Of a DNA stretch of 64,000 bases, positions 1 to 15,221 are shown in pieces; position 1 is the stretch's first letter; every line of letters starts with the position of its first letter. This stretch comes from the human T2T-CHM13v2.0 reference genome, Homo sapiens. The notes under the pieces were generated by a model. That model saw only the letters and a program-made list of their open reading frames with translations. It was not told the DNA's origin and made no database searches. The translations under genes were made by a program, and so were the position numbers. Location of the stretch: NCBI RefSeq assembly GCF_009914755.1, contig NC_060934.1. One strand, written 5' to 3'.

Positions 1-418
1 AAATTTTGCCAAGGACTCTTTTACCCTTGCTATCTGCCTAAATAATTTCTTTCTATCTCCTGTATCAGGAGTGTCACCCTCTACAGGGTTGGAGGTCAAG
101 TAAGGGCACTCCTGAAAAGTAGATGGGATAGAATGAGGTATCAAAGATGAACAGAGTCAGGAGGCAACCATACGGGGGAAAGGATAGTCCCACGTGGGTT
201 TTCAGCACCTGAGGCAGAAGCATCAGCATAAGAGGGTGGCCTGGCACAGGGTGTCTGGGAAAGGATGGGGTGAAGACAGCATCAGCTTGGGAGGAAAGTG
301 GTGAAGGCAACCTGATAAAGGGTGCTGGAGTCCAAGGGGGAGTGGGAAGCACAGCTGCTTAGGGGCCGGGACACAAGAGACTGGTTACACACAAGAGGAT
401 TGAACAAATCAGTAAATA

Positions 419-1275
419 CAGCAGATTCTTGAACAACATCATTTCATTGTCATGCTGAGGAGAGAAAGAATTCCCAACTGGGGCCCCATCTGGGTGGAGT
501 TTGCACGTTCTCCCCTTGTCTGCGTGGGTTTCCTCCAGGTATTCTGGTTTCCTCCTACATCCCAAAGCTGGGCATGTTAGGTTATCTGATGTGCTGACGT
601 CATGACATGGTCCCAGTTAGAGTGAGGGTGGGTGTATGTGAGTGGCCCTGCAATGGGATATGTCCTGTCCAGGGCTGGTTCCCACCCTGCACCCTTAAGT
701 GCAGGAGAGGCTCTGACCATGTGTGACCCTGAACTGGGATAAGCAGGTTAAGAAAGGAATGAATGAATGCAAATTACTATAAAATAAAATGTTGTAGGGT
801 CTATGGTCATAACACAAATGCTGTGGTACACAATTATGTGGTATGAAAGTGCTCCATGAGCCTGCCATATTTGTGACTATTTTTGAACACAAAAATAGTG
901 TTCAAATAGCTGCATGATGGCAGCAGGTGCTCCTGACAATTTTTTCACTTTGCAACATTTATTCCTTGATTTAACACAGCACCACCACTACAACCACTAT
1001 CACTCACTGACGCACCCAAAATTGGGTAGTATCTTAATTTTTTAAATTAATCTTTCCTAATATATGTAGAGCTCACATTTATTTCAATGTTTAGTATTCA
1101 TGTTTTGGGGTCTTTACTTAGAAGATTAGTGATGTTTTTGTGACCAACAATATGTCATAGGAACGTTATGTTTTATTTGTATCATTTAGCCTATGCCAAA
1201 TTGGTTCTGTTATATGTCATTTCACTTACAGTCAGATTCCAAAGCCTATCGACGGCATTAAATGAGTACTTAATA
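419..1275 (+). mobile_element. MER6 (TcMar-Tigger non-autonomous DNA transposon), apparently full length
   Basis: TA-flanked CAGCAG... start; internal GTGGAGTTTGCACGTTCTCCCC...GGTTTCCTCC motif; end ...CCTATCGACGGCATTAAATGAGTACTTA resembles the recalled consensus. Confidence 0.8.
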
Positions 1276-1329
1276 TATATTCAGGATGAAGGGAGCCAGG
1301 TTGCTGTCAGAAAAGGAAGTTAAAAATAC

Positions 1330-3200
1330 AGTTGACCCTTGAAGTGCTCAAAGAATAAGGGGGACAGGTCAGAAGGACACAAAGTCAGCTTGAAATGGCT
1401 ACTACTGGCCAAGTCCAGGGGGCATCTGAACACCAAATTAGTAAGCTTTCCCTTCTCCCCCTATTTGTTCACTGATTTTGTTCTATTTATCAATATAGAA
1501 GGGATGAAGGAATAAGAAAGTCATCATTTGGCAACCATCATAATAATAATTGATTCAAGCACAAATCACCAATGAAATGCTTTATCTTGTGGGTGAAGTT
1601 CTGAGTAGTAGCCAGATATTTACAAAGCCTCAAAGTATCTTTATACAAGATATTTATGAAATACAAAGTATATAGTAGCTTAACCATGGACAAACATGGC
1701 AGGATGTTGACTTTGATTATTTCAACAAATCAAATAATCAAAGTCAACATTGGCCAGTAATGGAAGTGAGTGACAGCAGATGCCTCCAGATGCTGCATTG
1801 CAGAGAACTCAGCCTGTGTGAAAGCCCCGCCCGAATGGCACAACCTAAAGCTAATCATGAGGAAACACTGTACAAACCAAAATGGAGAGAACGCCTACAA
1901 AACAGCTGACCTATACTCTCCAAAAACATAAATGTCATTACAATCAAAGAAAGACTCAGGAACTATCCCAGATAAAAGGAGACTATAGAAACGGAACAAT
2001 TGGACCAACACATCACACCTGGTGAAAATCCCCCATCTTGAATTTTCCTCGGCTATCAAGGATATTTTGGAGACAATTGGCAAAATCTGCGTAAGGTCTA
2101 TAGATTAGATATTAACATTGAACCAGTGTTAATATCCTGATTTTGACCATTATACTACAGTTATGTAAGGTAATTCCTTTTATTTAGGAAATACACATTA
2201 TTTAGAAATAAAGAGGCATCGTGTCTGCAACCTACAAACAGTTTAGAAAAAAAATCTGTATTAAGTACCTATATTCATATTCATCTAGAAAGACAGGAGG
2301 AGAAGGGGGAGAAAGGATAAAGTAAATGCAGTAAAATGTTAACATTTGGGGAATAATATCCAAAAATTATTTGTACTACCTCTTATAATCTTTCTGTAAG
2401 TCTGAAGTTGTCAAAATATAACATTTCTTAAAAGAAAAACAAATTTTTAATAACAATATTAATGAATTATAACTCACTGAATAAAATAAACCATGAATCC
2501 ATGGTTTATTTGATACAAGCAAATGAATAAATTGAGGGTTCGATGGGGAGTAGAGATATGTACATAGTCTCAAATTACCTCCCTGTAAAATACTAATTAA
2601 CCACAAGGTGAAAAAATAACATTACAGAGGAGAAATTCAGCAGATACCACTGTTAGTGATCAATGCTAACATTACCAGTAACAGGGCAAATCAAAACTGT
2701 AGGGTCACAGGTAAGATGCAATGAGAAGATCACTGGGTCACTTCTGTGATACTCCTGCCAAAAAATCATATAATCTAAATCTAATCACCATGAAACCCAA
2801 TTGAGGGACATTCTTATATTACCAGACTTTACTCTTCAAAATATTCAAGGTCATGAAGGTCAAGGAAAGACTGAGGAACTGTTCCAGACTGAAAGATCTA
2901 ACAGATACAACAACTAAATACAAGCCATGGATTAGAATGGGATCCTTTTGCTATAAAGGACATTACAGAGAAGTAACAAACTAGAATGTATTAATGTTGA
3001 CTTTCTGATTGCAAGGTTTGCACTGTAGTTATGTAGAATGTCCTGACTTGTAGGAATGCCCACTAAAGTAATCAGGGGTGATGACATAATGTCAGCAATT
3101 TACTCTCAAATTGTTCGGAGGAGAAAGTCTTTGTACTAAAACTTCGAAATTTTCTCTAAACTGAAGGCTATTTCCAAAAGGTTAATTAAAAATAAATAAA
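1330..3200 (+). mobile_element. Old L1 (L1MC/MD/ME-like) 3'-UTR fragments, partly overlapping the presumed ANKRD26 3'UTR
   Basis: Motifs such as AAATGTTAACATTTGGGGAA, TAATCATGAGGAAAC, TCAAGGTCATGAAG..AAAGACTGAGGAACTGTTCCAGACTGAA. Confidence 0.6.
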
Positions 3201-3710
3201 CAAACAGAAAAGGTGAATCAGGCAAATCTTGTTTCTCCCTGAGAACAGCTATATAAATCAGTGCTTAAAATTAAAATTATGTAAATTTGATGGCACTGTA
3301 ACAATTGTAATACATCCAAACATGAACAATGACCACAGTTCCTGCACAACAAAATGATGTCTAAGTCCAATTAGACATCTACCACTACATATAGTGATAA
3401 AAATTACAAAATACAAATAAGCCATCAATTAACTGCACTAAAGTATTAATGACAACTTAGTGGTTTGGCTGTTTAAACAGCTCACATTTGGGCAGTTTGA
3501 GTATGTAAAACTCAATATTCCTGGTTTTCATTGGCAAAATCCACTTAAAAGTTAAAGAAGCCAAGTAACATTGTTTAAAATACTATATAAATTTTGATCT
3601 GACATATATGATACAAAAATACGTTCCTTTAATATTTTTACATGTCATATATTAATATTTAATGAGAAACAAAATGTCACATAAACAGCCCAGTAATAAA
3701 ATCTTATCTT

Positions 3711-3844
3711 TCAGATCATATAATTTTTCTTTAAAACCTGTACATATTCTCTTGATGCTTTCCAAACTAGATCTTGATTTAGATTTGACTCATCAGTAGA
3801 CCCTAGAGGGGAAGCTATTGATCCAGATTCCAATTCAGCAGCAG
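3711..3844 (-). CDS. ANKRD26: ANKRD26 terminal exon, coding part (~34), AAAELESGSIASPLGSTDESNLNQDLVWKASREYVQVLKKNYMI*
   Basis: attctag|CT GCT ... ATC TGA, stop at 3711-3713; AT-rich 3'UTR continues leftward; candidate minus-strand AATAAA at 2505-2510 and 2179-2184. Confidence 0.94.
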
Positions 3845-5037
3845 CTAGAATGAAAAAGAAAGAATTATATTCCTTACCTAAAAGATTTCATAGTTAACTA
3901 AGTGGAAGTCAGTAAAAGAGTTGAGAATTTTGTCAGTATTAATAAGAAAGAAAAATATGTATGCACAACTATTATACAATATTACTATTAAATATAATTT
4001 GCCCATGGTTGCACACTGAATTAATTATCCTTGTGGTTAAATATCAGAGCTTCTGGCTTTCTCACTCTTCATTCATTTATTCAACAACCATGAGCAAAGT
4101 AAGCACTAGAATTACAAGATGAAGATGATATGATCCACCTCTAACAAACATATGCTATAATCTGAAAAAAACAGACAAACATACAATTTCCATACAAAGT
4201 CACAGATATCATGACAGGTATAAGACAGGGCACTACTGGAACACACAGAAGGGACACCTATCCCAGTTCTGAGTCAATAACGTAGGCTTTTTGATGGAGG
4301 CAATATGTAGACTGATACCTGAAGTACAAGGAAAACATATGCCAGACGGAAGGAAGAAGCAAATGCCAAGAGCTGGAGCTGAGGAAGCTCCCTGTGGAAT
4401 TCCACGTGGTCTAGGGTGGCTGGATGCCAGAGCAAAGGGGCCCGAAGAACAGCAAGGGGTGAGAAATAAGGTTGAATAACGTCACAAGGACCACATTGAT
4501 GTGGGTATTTTTATTCCATGCTAAGGAATTTGGAACTTCTCCTGAGGGCAAAGGGAAACCAATGACAAAGTAAATGACTGGAGATTTCAAATGTCACCTG
4601 TCAAGCAACTGCTTATGAACTGTAATTCCAGACTAGATATTACTAGTGAGTCTGGGGTCTTTGGGCCTTAAATCACCACCATAACCTTGAGAAGTTGATG
4701 ATGTCTTTGTTTTCTAAGAATAATTTCTGCATGCTGGCTACAGTTCTATGGGGATGGCAGAAGTGAAGAAAGTGTAGAGCCGGAAAAAAAAGAGGTGCAA
4801 AGATTTCTTGAGTTTTTTTAAAGCTATGGAACATGATGAATTAATGAGACAAAGTAAGTATACTCTTCACTATGAATATTCATGTTTTCACATCTTTCAT
4901 TAGATGTGTGTAAGAAAGAACATTTAATGTAGTATCTATTAGCCAAACAATGGAAAGGGATCCCACTCACGATTTACAATTTATTTCAGAAATCAATTAA
5001 TTAATCTAAATTTAATTCATGAAGTTTGGCAACATAC

Positions 5038-5083
5038 CTTCTTTGAGTTCTCTAGTTATATTTTTTTCCAACTCCTGCTGCAT
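5038..5083 (-). CDS. ANKRD26: ANKRD26 penultimate exon (~33), 46 nt, MQQELEKNITRELKE
   Basis: ttttcag|ATG ... AAG|gtatgt; phase 0 to 1. Confidence 0.93.
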
Positions 5084-5479
5084 CTGAAAAAAGTCAAATG
5101 TTATTTATAATGTTTAAGTTAGACAAGAGACATTAACATAGAAATGATGTATCACTTACAAAATGTGGCCTGTAATACTCTTAAAGACTACACTTAACTT
5201 GATTGCTTAAATATAAAAATAATCACATAAATAAAATTCCTACTTGTTTTAAGTTTAGATTTAAAAAATGTGTAATGTTGTTTAATCTGATAAAAAGTAC
5301 AATTAATATTGGTCTACTGCATATATATAATGTCAGAAAGGTGATATTTTCTCTTATTTGTACAAGTTCAAACAACTGAAGTCATAGTTTGAAATGAATG
5401 CATTACTTTGTAATTCTTAGCAAAACTCTGACCTTTATAAAGCTTAATCAGTTTTTTCACTTTAGTGGATTTTTCCTTA

Positions 5480-5823
<344 letters not shown>

Positions 5824-6868
5824 TTAAAATTTTAAAGTATGTTCTATGCTATTTTTTGGTACAGAATCATCAATATATACATGAAGAAAGTGATGCTATT
5901 ATAATGTCATGTGAAAATTCTACTGGCAAAAAAGTGAAAATAAATATTATCCTATCTATATATTATAAATAACATTTCTTTATTCATGTAAACACAAAAT
6001 TTGCTCAAAAAATGATAAATATAAGTTGGAGCTAGTTTTCAAGCTTAGTTTCTTTGATTCACAACTTGGTAGAATTATAAACAAAAAATATATAGCTCTT
6101 TAATTGTAATTTTGATTTCAGAAATTAGTACCAATTTTTTAAATATCTAATTATATTTATATACTTAATTATGAAATGTGTGGGAATATTTCAAACTATA
6201 TTGCAAGTGGCCTATTTAGAGTGCTCTTATTTAAATCTTTTTTATAAAAGGTATTCTCTCACTAAATACCCAGAACATGGTCTGAAATAGTACACTATAT
6301 AGTGAGCATAATAGGTACTTTGTGGTGATAATGATAATATGATATCCAATGCCTTTAAAAATGTTAGGTATGAAGATTAAATTTTTTGACTAACAGGTTT
6401 TCCAATATTTTGTAAGACTGTTTTCCATATATTTCTGTGACAATAACATTATAGATAGGCCTTATACAATGAATAATGTGACAATAGCATTAGTAGACAG
6501 GTCCTGTAAAAGTAATAACTCAATACCAAATAAAAGGAGAAGTCTTTATTGAACGAATCTTATATTGCTATTCATTAATAAACATGACGTAAAATATACA
6601 TTTTTACATGACTTGTATTAAGGAACTACTAAGGTAATGTAGTTTCTCACTTCTCCTAAATATTTACTTCCTACGTGTAATAAATTTTATTATTTCTTTA
6701 TACTCTATTTACAAATACTTCCATAATATGTACGTTTTGCTTAGATAAAAATGAAATACTCTTAACAAATTGCTTACTCTAATATTGAAGAAATCTTAAC
6801 TGTCTAGACAGAGAAACTTCCTGCATAACAAATTTAAATACAGGTTATTTTTCTCGCCTAACACTTAA

Positions 6869-7259
<391 letters not shown>

Positions 7260-8566
7260 AACCCTTGAATATTTTACCACATAAATGACAGCTGAGGGCA
7301 ACTACTTTTGAGAAAAGGACACCAGGTCAGACATAAAGGCTCAAAGGGAAAAGGGGCAGACCCAGAACCCAGGAGGGAGGTGCTCTGGGAGGGACACTTG
7401 AAAGCTTAGGAAAAGGGTCTTCTGTGTTGACAAGTCTGGTTTTGTCCTGGTTGGTGGGAAACTGGGATGGTTTTACCTATATTAAAAGTGAAAACTGGCA
7501 AACATTAAATGACTTTGAAAAAGTCCCTTTCATTTTATTCCTAATTTCCCATTAAATCACACATTTTCCTCATATTTCCCTTAATACAAATTTAAAATTA
7601 TTGTCTCCAGTTAAATAACTTAACACAGTGCCTGATACAGACTATGGAAGAAAAAAGGAGAGAAAAATGTCTTGGTGACATTAATAACTGTCCTATTGAG
7701 GTAGACAAGGTGCCATCGATGGTTTTTGAAATGTATAGAGCAATAGCTTAGGAGAAACTGAACACTGCTAGAGGAAATTAAAAAGCTTAATAAATTACTA
7801 ATCTCTTACGCTAATAATTTAATGCATAATACAAAATCGAAAGCTATTATGGAGTAAAATAAATAAACTACGTTTTATAAAAATGCTCCTCCTTTCTCTG
7901 TGGACTTTGTTTATTTCCAGGTGGGGGTTATGCTTCAGGTGGCGGAGGCAGCCTGAGGTCCAACATTAATAAAGGGAGCACATCTGCAACTTCATGTATA
8001 CTTTTTCATTTTAAAATATAAGAATAGGAGAAAATTATAAAAGAACAATGTACCAACAAGTTTTGGCTAATTAGAAGGATTCTTTCATAACCAGTAGTTT
8101 TCAAACTATGTCCCACAGAAATCTAAGGTTCTACAGAGGATATTGCAGGATTAAGGGATAAGGAAGTCACAGCTTCAGAGCCCCTACCTGTCCTTTAGCC
8201 AGAGAGCTCTACTTCTATCTGTTTTATGTAATATAGTTTCATGCCATTTTTTAAAAGTTCTATTCTTTCAAAAAAATTTTTTTAATGTATGAAAGTCACT
8301 TGACCTGACAGAATGGTTCTTTTTAATCTCTTTTGTTAAATCTAACATGGTTTGGCAAACCAGTGCCCCACAAAGAAACCATGTATACCAATGGAATATT
8401 TTTCAGCTTATCTAGAAATACTAAAAATAAACACCTCCTTGCTCCCCAAAAAAACCAATTAAGGAAAAACATTTCCTCAAAAATCTTCCCTTACATTGCG
8501 TATCTACATATTCTTTCATCATCTTATAAAATGTTGTTACCTGAGTTTTCTGGTAGGAACTAATGA

Positions 8567-8980
<414 letters not shown>

Positions 8981-9384
8981 TGACTCTGAAGCATTTAGAC
9001 CCTGATCATCTCATTGTCAGAAAAATAAGACAAAACTAAGCTAACAAAATGATGAAAAAAATTAGCTGGATAGATCTTATAATTTATGTATTAAAACAAT
9101 CATTTGATTTGTTCCTTGTTAAGCCACTTGGCTGCAGTGCTGTCTAAGAAACCTTAGACTTGGTCTTCTATGATTTGTTAGGACATGAGGCCTGGTAAAG
9201 AAACAAGGTTGAGGTCTCATTTAACATGAGTCTACACTTTTTTTCTCTGCATTAAGATCATGAAAATACCATTAAATCTTAAGCTAACGTGCACTGATTA
9301 AAATGGATATTTTCATAATGATACACAACAAAAACTAGTTGCTATTTATTTATTTTTGTTCAAACAAATGTTTTATGCTTCTTG

Positions 9385-9553
9385 TAATTTTTTAAGAGAC
9401 AGGGTCTTGCTATGCTGCCCAGGCTGGAGTGCGGCTGCTATTCACAGTTGCAGTAAAAACACATTACAACCTTAAACTCTTGGGCTCAAGCAATCCTCCT
9501 GCCCCAGCCTCCCAAGTAGCTGGGATTACAAGTGTTCACCATTGCAACCAGCT
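9385..9553 (-). mobile_element. FAM fossil Alu monomer
   Basis: Monomer with GTGAATAGC..GCACTCCAGCCTGGGC signature on the minus strand. Confidence 0.75.
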
Positions 9554-10653
9554 TTTGTAATTTGTTCCCCCAGTCAAAAATGGTCAAAAGTTAGACAAGT
9601 ATCTTAAACTGGATCAAGCATAGTTGATTTTTTTTTTCCCTACCAAGTCTACAATTGATAAAACTTGTCATTGTTGAATTCATCTTGAGATCCCCAGAAA
9701 TGAAGTCGTACTATGAGTGAAATCGTAAGGCTGGATTGCAAGGTTCCTCTTCAATGGGTTTTCTATTGTTCTAGAAGAGCAAGACAAAACTAAGCTAACA
9801 ATATGAACATAATATTGGCTAGCTAGGACCTTGTAACTGTAAAGCTAGGATCCAGGGGAGATGAGGACCCTGTGAAGCTTAACATGAAATTCTGGGTAGG
9901 AAGAAAATAATTGTTTGATCATACTTACTAAACACTCTTGATATCACTGCCATCTTAGACATCAATCATTCAAGTAATGGCACAAGTGCATTTTTTAAAT
10001 TCACATATTTGCTTGCTTTAACTATTTAAAAACCACTGTGCAATTGCCCAGTAATAGACACATTTTACAAAAATTGAGAGAAAAATGCTGTAACAATAGC
10101 AACTAAGAATGTACTCCTAAGTAAGAAAATGACAAAACTTAAAAATACAAATTAATCAGTGTTAGAGTTTGTTTAATTCATAAGAAGTATTTATCTTGGA
10201 GTTCTTTAAGTAATAAATTTCCATATGTGGTTAAGTGTTTGGATGCCAATCATTCATTCACTTATGATTAAGGGTGGAACACTTGAGATGGTGCCAGAAA
10301 ACTATCAAAGTGCTATCAACCACAGCCAAACTCAAATCCATTAGAAGGAAAGCCAAAGTATCTCAACGTATACCTTTTGCTATCAGGCAATAGGCAATAA
10401 TATTCCATTTCTAATAAATTCAGCTTTTAAAGAAATTTAAAATGTGACAGTTCAGTTACATTTATTGAATAAAGTTAACAAATGGTACCTCTTGAAAATG
10501 AGAGCTCTAGGGACTAAAAAAAAAAAAAACTAAAATTTCTGTTTCCTCACTTTATTAGCACAGATAATTATGACCTTTACTTATCAAGCATAAGTCAATT
10601 AAACAACTCGGTATTTCACCAAATTAAAAACAAGAATTATATCAGAAATTTGA

Positions 10654-10952
10654 GGCTGGGCATGGTGGCTCACACCTGTAACCCCAGCACTTCGGGAGGG
10701 TGAGGCAGGCAGATCATTTGAAACCAGAAGTTTGAGACCAGCCTGGCAATATGTGAAACCCAGTCTCTACTAGAAATATAAAAATTAGCTGGGTGTGGTG
10801 GCACACACCTGTAATCCCAGCTATCTGAGAGGCTAAGACACAAGAATTGCCTGAACCTAGACATAGAGGTTGCAGTGAGCCAAGATGGCACCACTGCACT
10901 CCAGCCTGGACAACAGAGTAAAACGCTGTCTCAAAAAAACAAACAAAAAAAG
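10654..10952 (+). mobile_element. Alu
   Basis: Dimeric Alu; flanking gaaatttga repeat. Confidence 0.92.
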
Positions 10953-11002
10953 AATTACATGAGAAATTTGAAACCCAAAGGAAAAAAGACAACATAACTA
11001 AC

Positions 11003-11231
11003 CTTGCTCAAGTAGTTCTCCATGCTATTATTTGAAGCCCGTGGATTTGAGGTAGAGATCACTAAGTTTTCTCTTGGAATAAGTTTTCTGTTGAGATCTA
11101 AACTATTATTAAGATTTCCCACACAAGGTGGCTCCATGACTGGCCTGGTAGTGAGAGTGGTGAACAAAGATCTGCTCTGCTGTTTTTCCACAAGAAGTTT
11201 GGTGTTGACCTCTGCTAGCCTCTCATTAGTT
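11003..11231 (-). CDS. ANKRD26: ANKRD26 coding exon (~32), 229 nt, [38 protein letters not shown]...MENYLSK
   Basis: ttcacag|A ACT ... AAG|gttagt; phase 2 to 0. Confidence 0.94.
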
Positions 11232-11589
11232 CTGTGAAGATTGCAGAAGACACATGCTTAGTATTTTACTTTTCCCTAAATGATTCCTAAAAGACTTGCA
11301 ATTTTTAAAAAGTTACCATAGGAGTAAATGAAATTTCCCATTAACCAGTATTTTAACACTGAAAAATGTGTCAGACCATGCCTACTGTATGCAATTATAA
11401 TTTTTAGACTGTTCTAAAGAAGTGCATATGTTTCTAGGGTAGTTTCCAACAAACAAGTAATTCAAGCAAAGTAGGGAAGGGAAGAAAATGGCTACCAATG
11501 ATGTATAACTTCACAGGTAACACCTGCTGCCTTCTGGAATGCTCCACTGGTAAGATTCCTGAGGATGCCATTAAAAATACTTGTCTTTA

Positions 11590-11720
11590 AAGGGTAAATA
11601 TGTGACATGATAAATATGTTAATTTGCTTGACTATAATAACCATTTCACCATGTACAAATATATCAAAAACATCATGTTTTGATACATACAATTAATAAA
11701 ACTAATAACAAAGGAAAAAG
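11590..11720 (+). mobile_element. L1M 3'-end fragment
   Basis: ATATGTTAATTTGCTTGA..AACCATTTCACCATGTACAAATATATCAAAAACATCATG followed by an A-rich tail. Confidence 0.7.
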
Positions 11721-12614
11721 CCCAGCTAAAAATACTTGTATTTAGTAAACCAGTTTAGAGATTAAAAAATTCCTCAAGACATGTGCAAGCATTTGCTTTC
11801 ACCACCCTTTTACATTTATTTCACCCATTATCTGGAAAAATATTAGGCATCTGGCCCCAAGGAATAATTCAGAGCAAAAAATTGTAGGGGAAAAGAAGAT
11901 AGCTGAGTTGGTGATCAAAAAGAACTAAAGAGTCTCAAAGGCAGTTAGCTCCTAACATTGTCCTCAAGGCATCAGAGGTGGGGCCTGACCTGTTTTCCAC
12001 ACACTCCCTCAGGCTGACCAAGGTGTTATTTTTAACCACTTTATAAAATATACTTCCCTTCATCCCTACGTTAATCATTCCCTATTTCACTAGCATGCCT
12101 TTAAGTAGTAGAAAAACTATACAGGGTAGTTTGTCTCATGGCACCCTGTAGTGATAATACCAGATATCACAATCAAGGAAAGTTCATTTATGGAGTGCCA
12201 GAATGTGCAGAGTAGTAGTGATACTTGACCCTTCTGGTTTAAGTTGTAATTTTCCAAAAAACAGCCCAACTCATTAATAATTATATTTATGGCAATGCTG
12301 ATAAGCAATCTGATGACAATATCAATGTCTAAATTACAAAGTTTTAAAAGCACATAGCTGAAAGACATAGATCCAGTTAACTACCTAAGAATATTAACGG
12401 AAAAGCCATATAAAATTAAAAAAAAAAAAACAGAGGAAAGACATAAACTGTCCTGGACTCACATTTTAAAGGTAAGTTAATTTACTAACATTTTCCAAAA
12501 TTATATTACCTATTTAGCTTTCACTTCCCATTAATCTCATGAACCTAAGAATTATGCTTTCAAGGCAAATTAATGAGCTTAATTTATTTCCTATGATTCT
12601 ATATTTTGACTTAC

Positions 12615-12832
12615 TTGGTTAGTTTACTTGACAAAGATTTTCTAACTTTTAATTCTTCTAGATAGAGTTGCTTATATTTTTCCAGTTCGGTTTTATTAAA
12701 GTCTTCTTGAGAAGTTTTTATTTTGGAGAGTTCAGATTCCAGATCTTTAATTCTGAGTTCCATCTGACTTTTCATTGAAGCAAAATTATTCTCTCTAAAC
12801 TGCTCTAAGTTTTCTTGAGATGCTGCTTGTGC
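12615..12832 (-). CDS. ANKRD26: ANKRD26 coding exon (~31), 218 nt, [37 protein letters not shown]...SLSSKLTK
   Basis: gttttag|GCA ... CAA|gtaagt; phase 0 to 2. Confidence 0.94.
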
Positions 12833-14104
12833 CTAAAACAAATTAAAAGCATATGTTTTAAAAATATATAACCTGAGTAAGACCATGGTCACCTACTCGG
12901 TGTCTAAGGGCTGTTTTGTTTTTAACCCAAACTCCAAAAAGAGAAAGATCTCTGTGCCAGCAGGCATTGGTCAAAGAGATAAGAGGACATCCCAGGGTTC
13001 TAATTGAAAAGGGAATCCAAATACTTCCAAAGAAATGAAAGTGAGTTTCTACTAGAGAAGCATTTTCATCCTTGATGAAGTAATCAAAACAATAAAGGCT
13101 GACTGGCAACCCAGATGTCTAACGATGGGGGGAAATGTCATATAGAAAATAAAAAATTATAATTGGTAACATAAGGAAAACCTAAGAAAGAAAATGACTA
13201 CAAATGTGGAGATATTTTCGAATGAAAAATCTTATAAAAATTATTTTTGTGTTAAAATATATTCATGGGGAAGACTTGAATATGCTTAAAAATTTTGATG
13301 TGATATTCCATTTTATGAATACACCTGGCAAAGTAAATTAAAGCAATCATCTGTATGTAAGATACAGGAACTTAGAGCTTCTTAGGGATAAATGCTGTGC
13401 GCATCAATACATGCTGAGAAAAAAGCCCAAGGTGTTGGATCTCTTACAGTAATTCTACCTGCTGGAGCATAAGGTTATGGAATCACCTGGACTACAAGTA
13501 AAGGAATGTGGAGTGTGATCCTGAGCCTGACTAGCTCTATGGCTTGGGCCCTGCTGTTTAACCTTTCCCTAGGTCTCTTCATCTGTAAAATGGGAAACTA
13601 CACTGGCTTATCACTAAGATTTCTTCCTATTCTCATTCCATGTCTCTAAGAGCTAACATGCAGAGCTTTGTAAGACTATCATAAATACCATGTGAAGAAA
13701 TCTGTGTTATCATGGATTGTTACCACCTTGGCCTTGTAGATTGTGTTCCAAGACTCCTATCTCTCACTAGCCTGAGGGAAGGGAAAGAGCTGAGAATGAG
13801 GAGTGAAGACTTTCTACTCTCACAACGGCTACATATTTTCAAGTGGCCCAGTTGAAATTTCTCTGTTAATTTTCACATCCTTTCTACCAGTTTGCACCCT
13901 CCATCCTCTCTCATAAGCACAGGGGTCCCACGCAGTTCTCAATCGCTCTTTATCCCAACTAAAACAAATTTGTTAAATTATTGAGTTTTAATCACTCATA
14001 GACACACAAACTCATGTTATTAAGTAGATTTTTATCACTCACTCAGACACACACACACTCACACACTCATATACCCATGTGGGTAAGAGAGGAAAGACAT
14101 TCCT

Positions 14105-14696
14105 TTGGCTTTGTTTATTTTAGAGACAGGGTCTCAGTCTGTCGCCCATGCTTCAGTTCAGTGGCACAATCATAGCTCACCGCAGCCTTGAAAACTCCTG
14201 GGCTTACATGATCCTCTCACCTCAGCCTCCCAAGTACCTGGGACTACAGCCATGCACCACCATGCCTGGCTAATTACTTTTTTAAATTTTTGTAGAGATG
14301 GGGTCTCACTTTGTTGCCTAGGTTGGTCTTGAACTCCTGGGCTCAAGTGGTCCTCCCGCCTCAGCCCTCAAAGTGCTAGGATTACAGGTGTGAGCTACCA
14401 TGCCCAGCCTAATTTGTTTGTTTTGTTTTGTATTTGAGACGGAGTCTAGCTCTCACCTTCTTGCCTCACTGCAACCTCCGCCTCCCAGATTCAAGCAGTT
14501 CTCCTGCCTCAGTCTCCCGAGTAACTGGGACTACAGGCATGTGCCACCACGCCTGGCTGATTATTTTTTTAAATTTTTTAGTAGATATGGGTTTTCACTA
14601 TGTTGGCCAGGCTGGTCTGGAACTCCTGACCTCGTGATCCGTCCACCTCGGCTTCCCAAAGTGCTGGGATTACAGGCATGAGCCACCGTGCCCAGC
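14105..14696 (-). mobile_element. Two tandem reverse Alus (AluJ-like 14105-14409; AluS-like 14412-14696)
   Basis: Two consecutive reverse Alu units. Confidence 0.9.
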
Positions 14697-15028
14697 TTTG
14701 TTTTTTTTTTTTTTAAGGCAAAAACAACACAAGTTGTGTTAAAGTCCCAGTGGTTTCCTGGGATGAAGTAGGGGGAATTAACTGCAAAAGGGCAAGAGAG
14801 AACTTTCTGGAAATGTTCTCTGTTGAGAGGGTGGTTAAGCAAGTATATACTTGGGTCAAACTGTTAAAATGGTTGTGTTTAATTATTTGTAAATTATCCC
14901 TTAATAAAATTTAATTTATATAAAACCTGGGTAATTATTGTGTATTTTTTTCCTTTACTTTTGAGTTAGTGATTCAGAGAGTAATTTTAAATATGTGAAA
15001 AAAAAAGCTGAAGTTTAAAATATTTATC

Positions 15029-15221
15029 AGCCAGGTTTGGTGGCTCATGCCTGTAATCTCAGCACTTTGGGAGACCTAAGCAGGAGGATCACTTGAAGCC
15101 AAGAGTTCGAGACCAGCCTGGGCAACAAAGCAAGACTCTGTTTCTACCAAAAATAAGAATTAAAAATTTAGCCAGGCATCGTGATGTGCACCTGTAGTCC
15201 CAGCTATCCAAAGGCTGAGGT
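15029..15221 (+). mobile_element. 3'-truncated Alu (AluJ-like)
   Basis: Left monomer plus start of right monomer. Confidence 0.85.

Noticed and set aside
11022-11237. Plus-strand ORFs overlapping exons (also 27431..27694 and 49952..50188)
   Set aside because: Antisense shadows of coding sequence with no independent gene signals.
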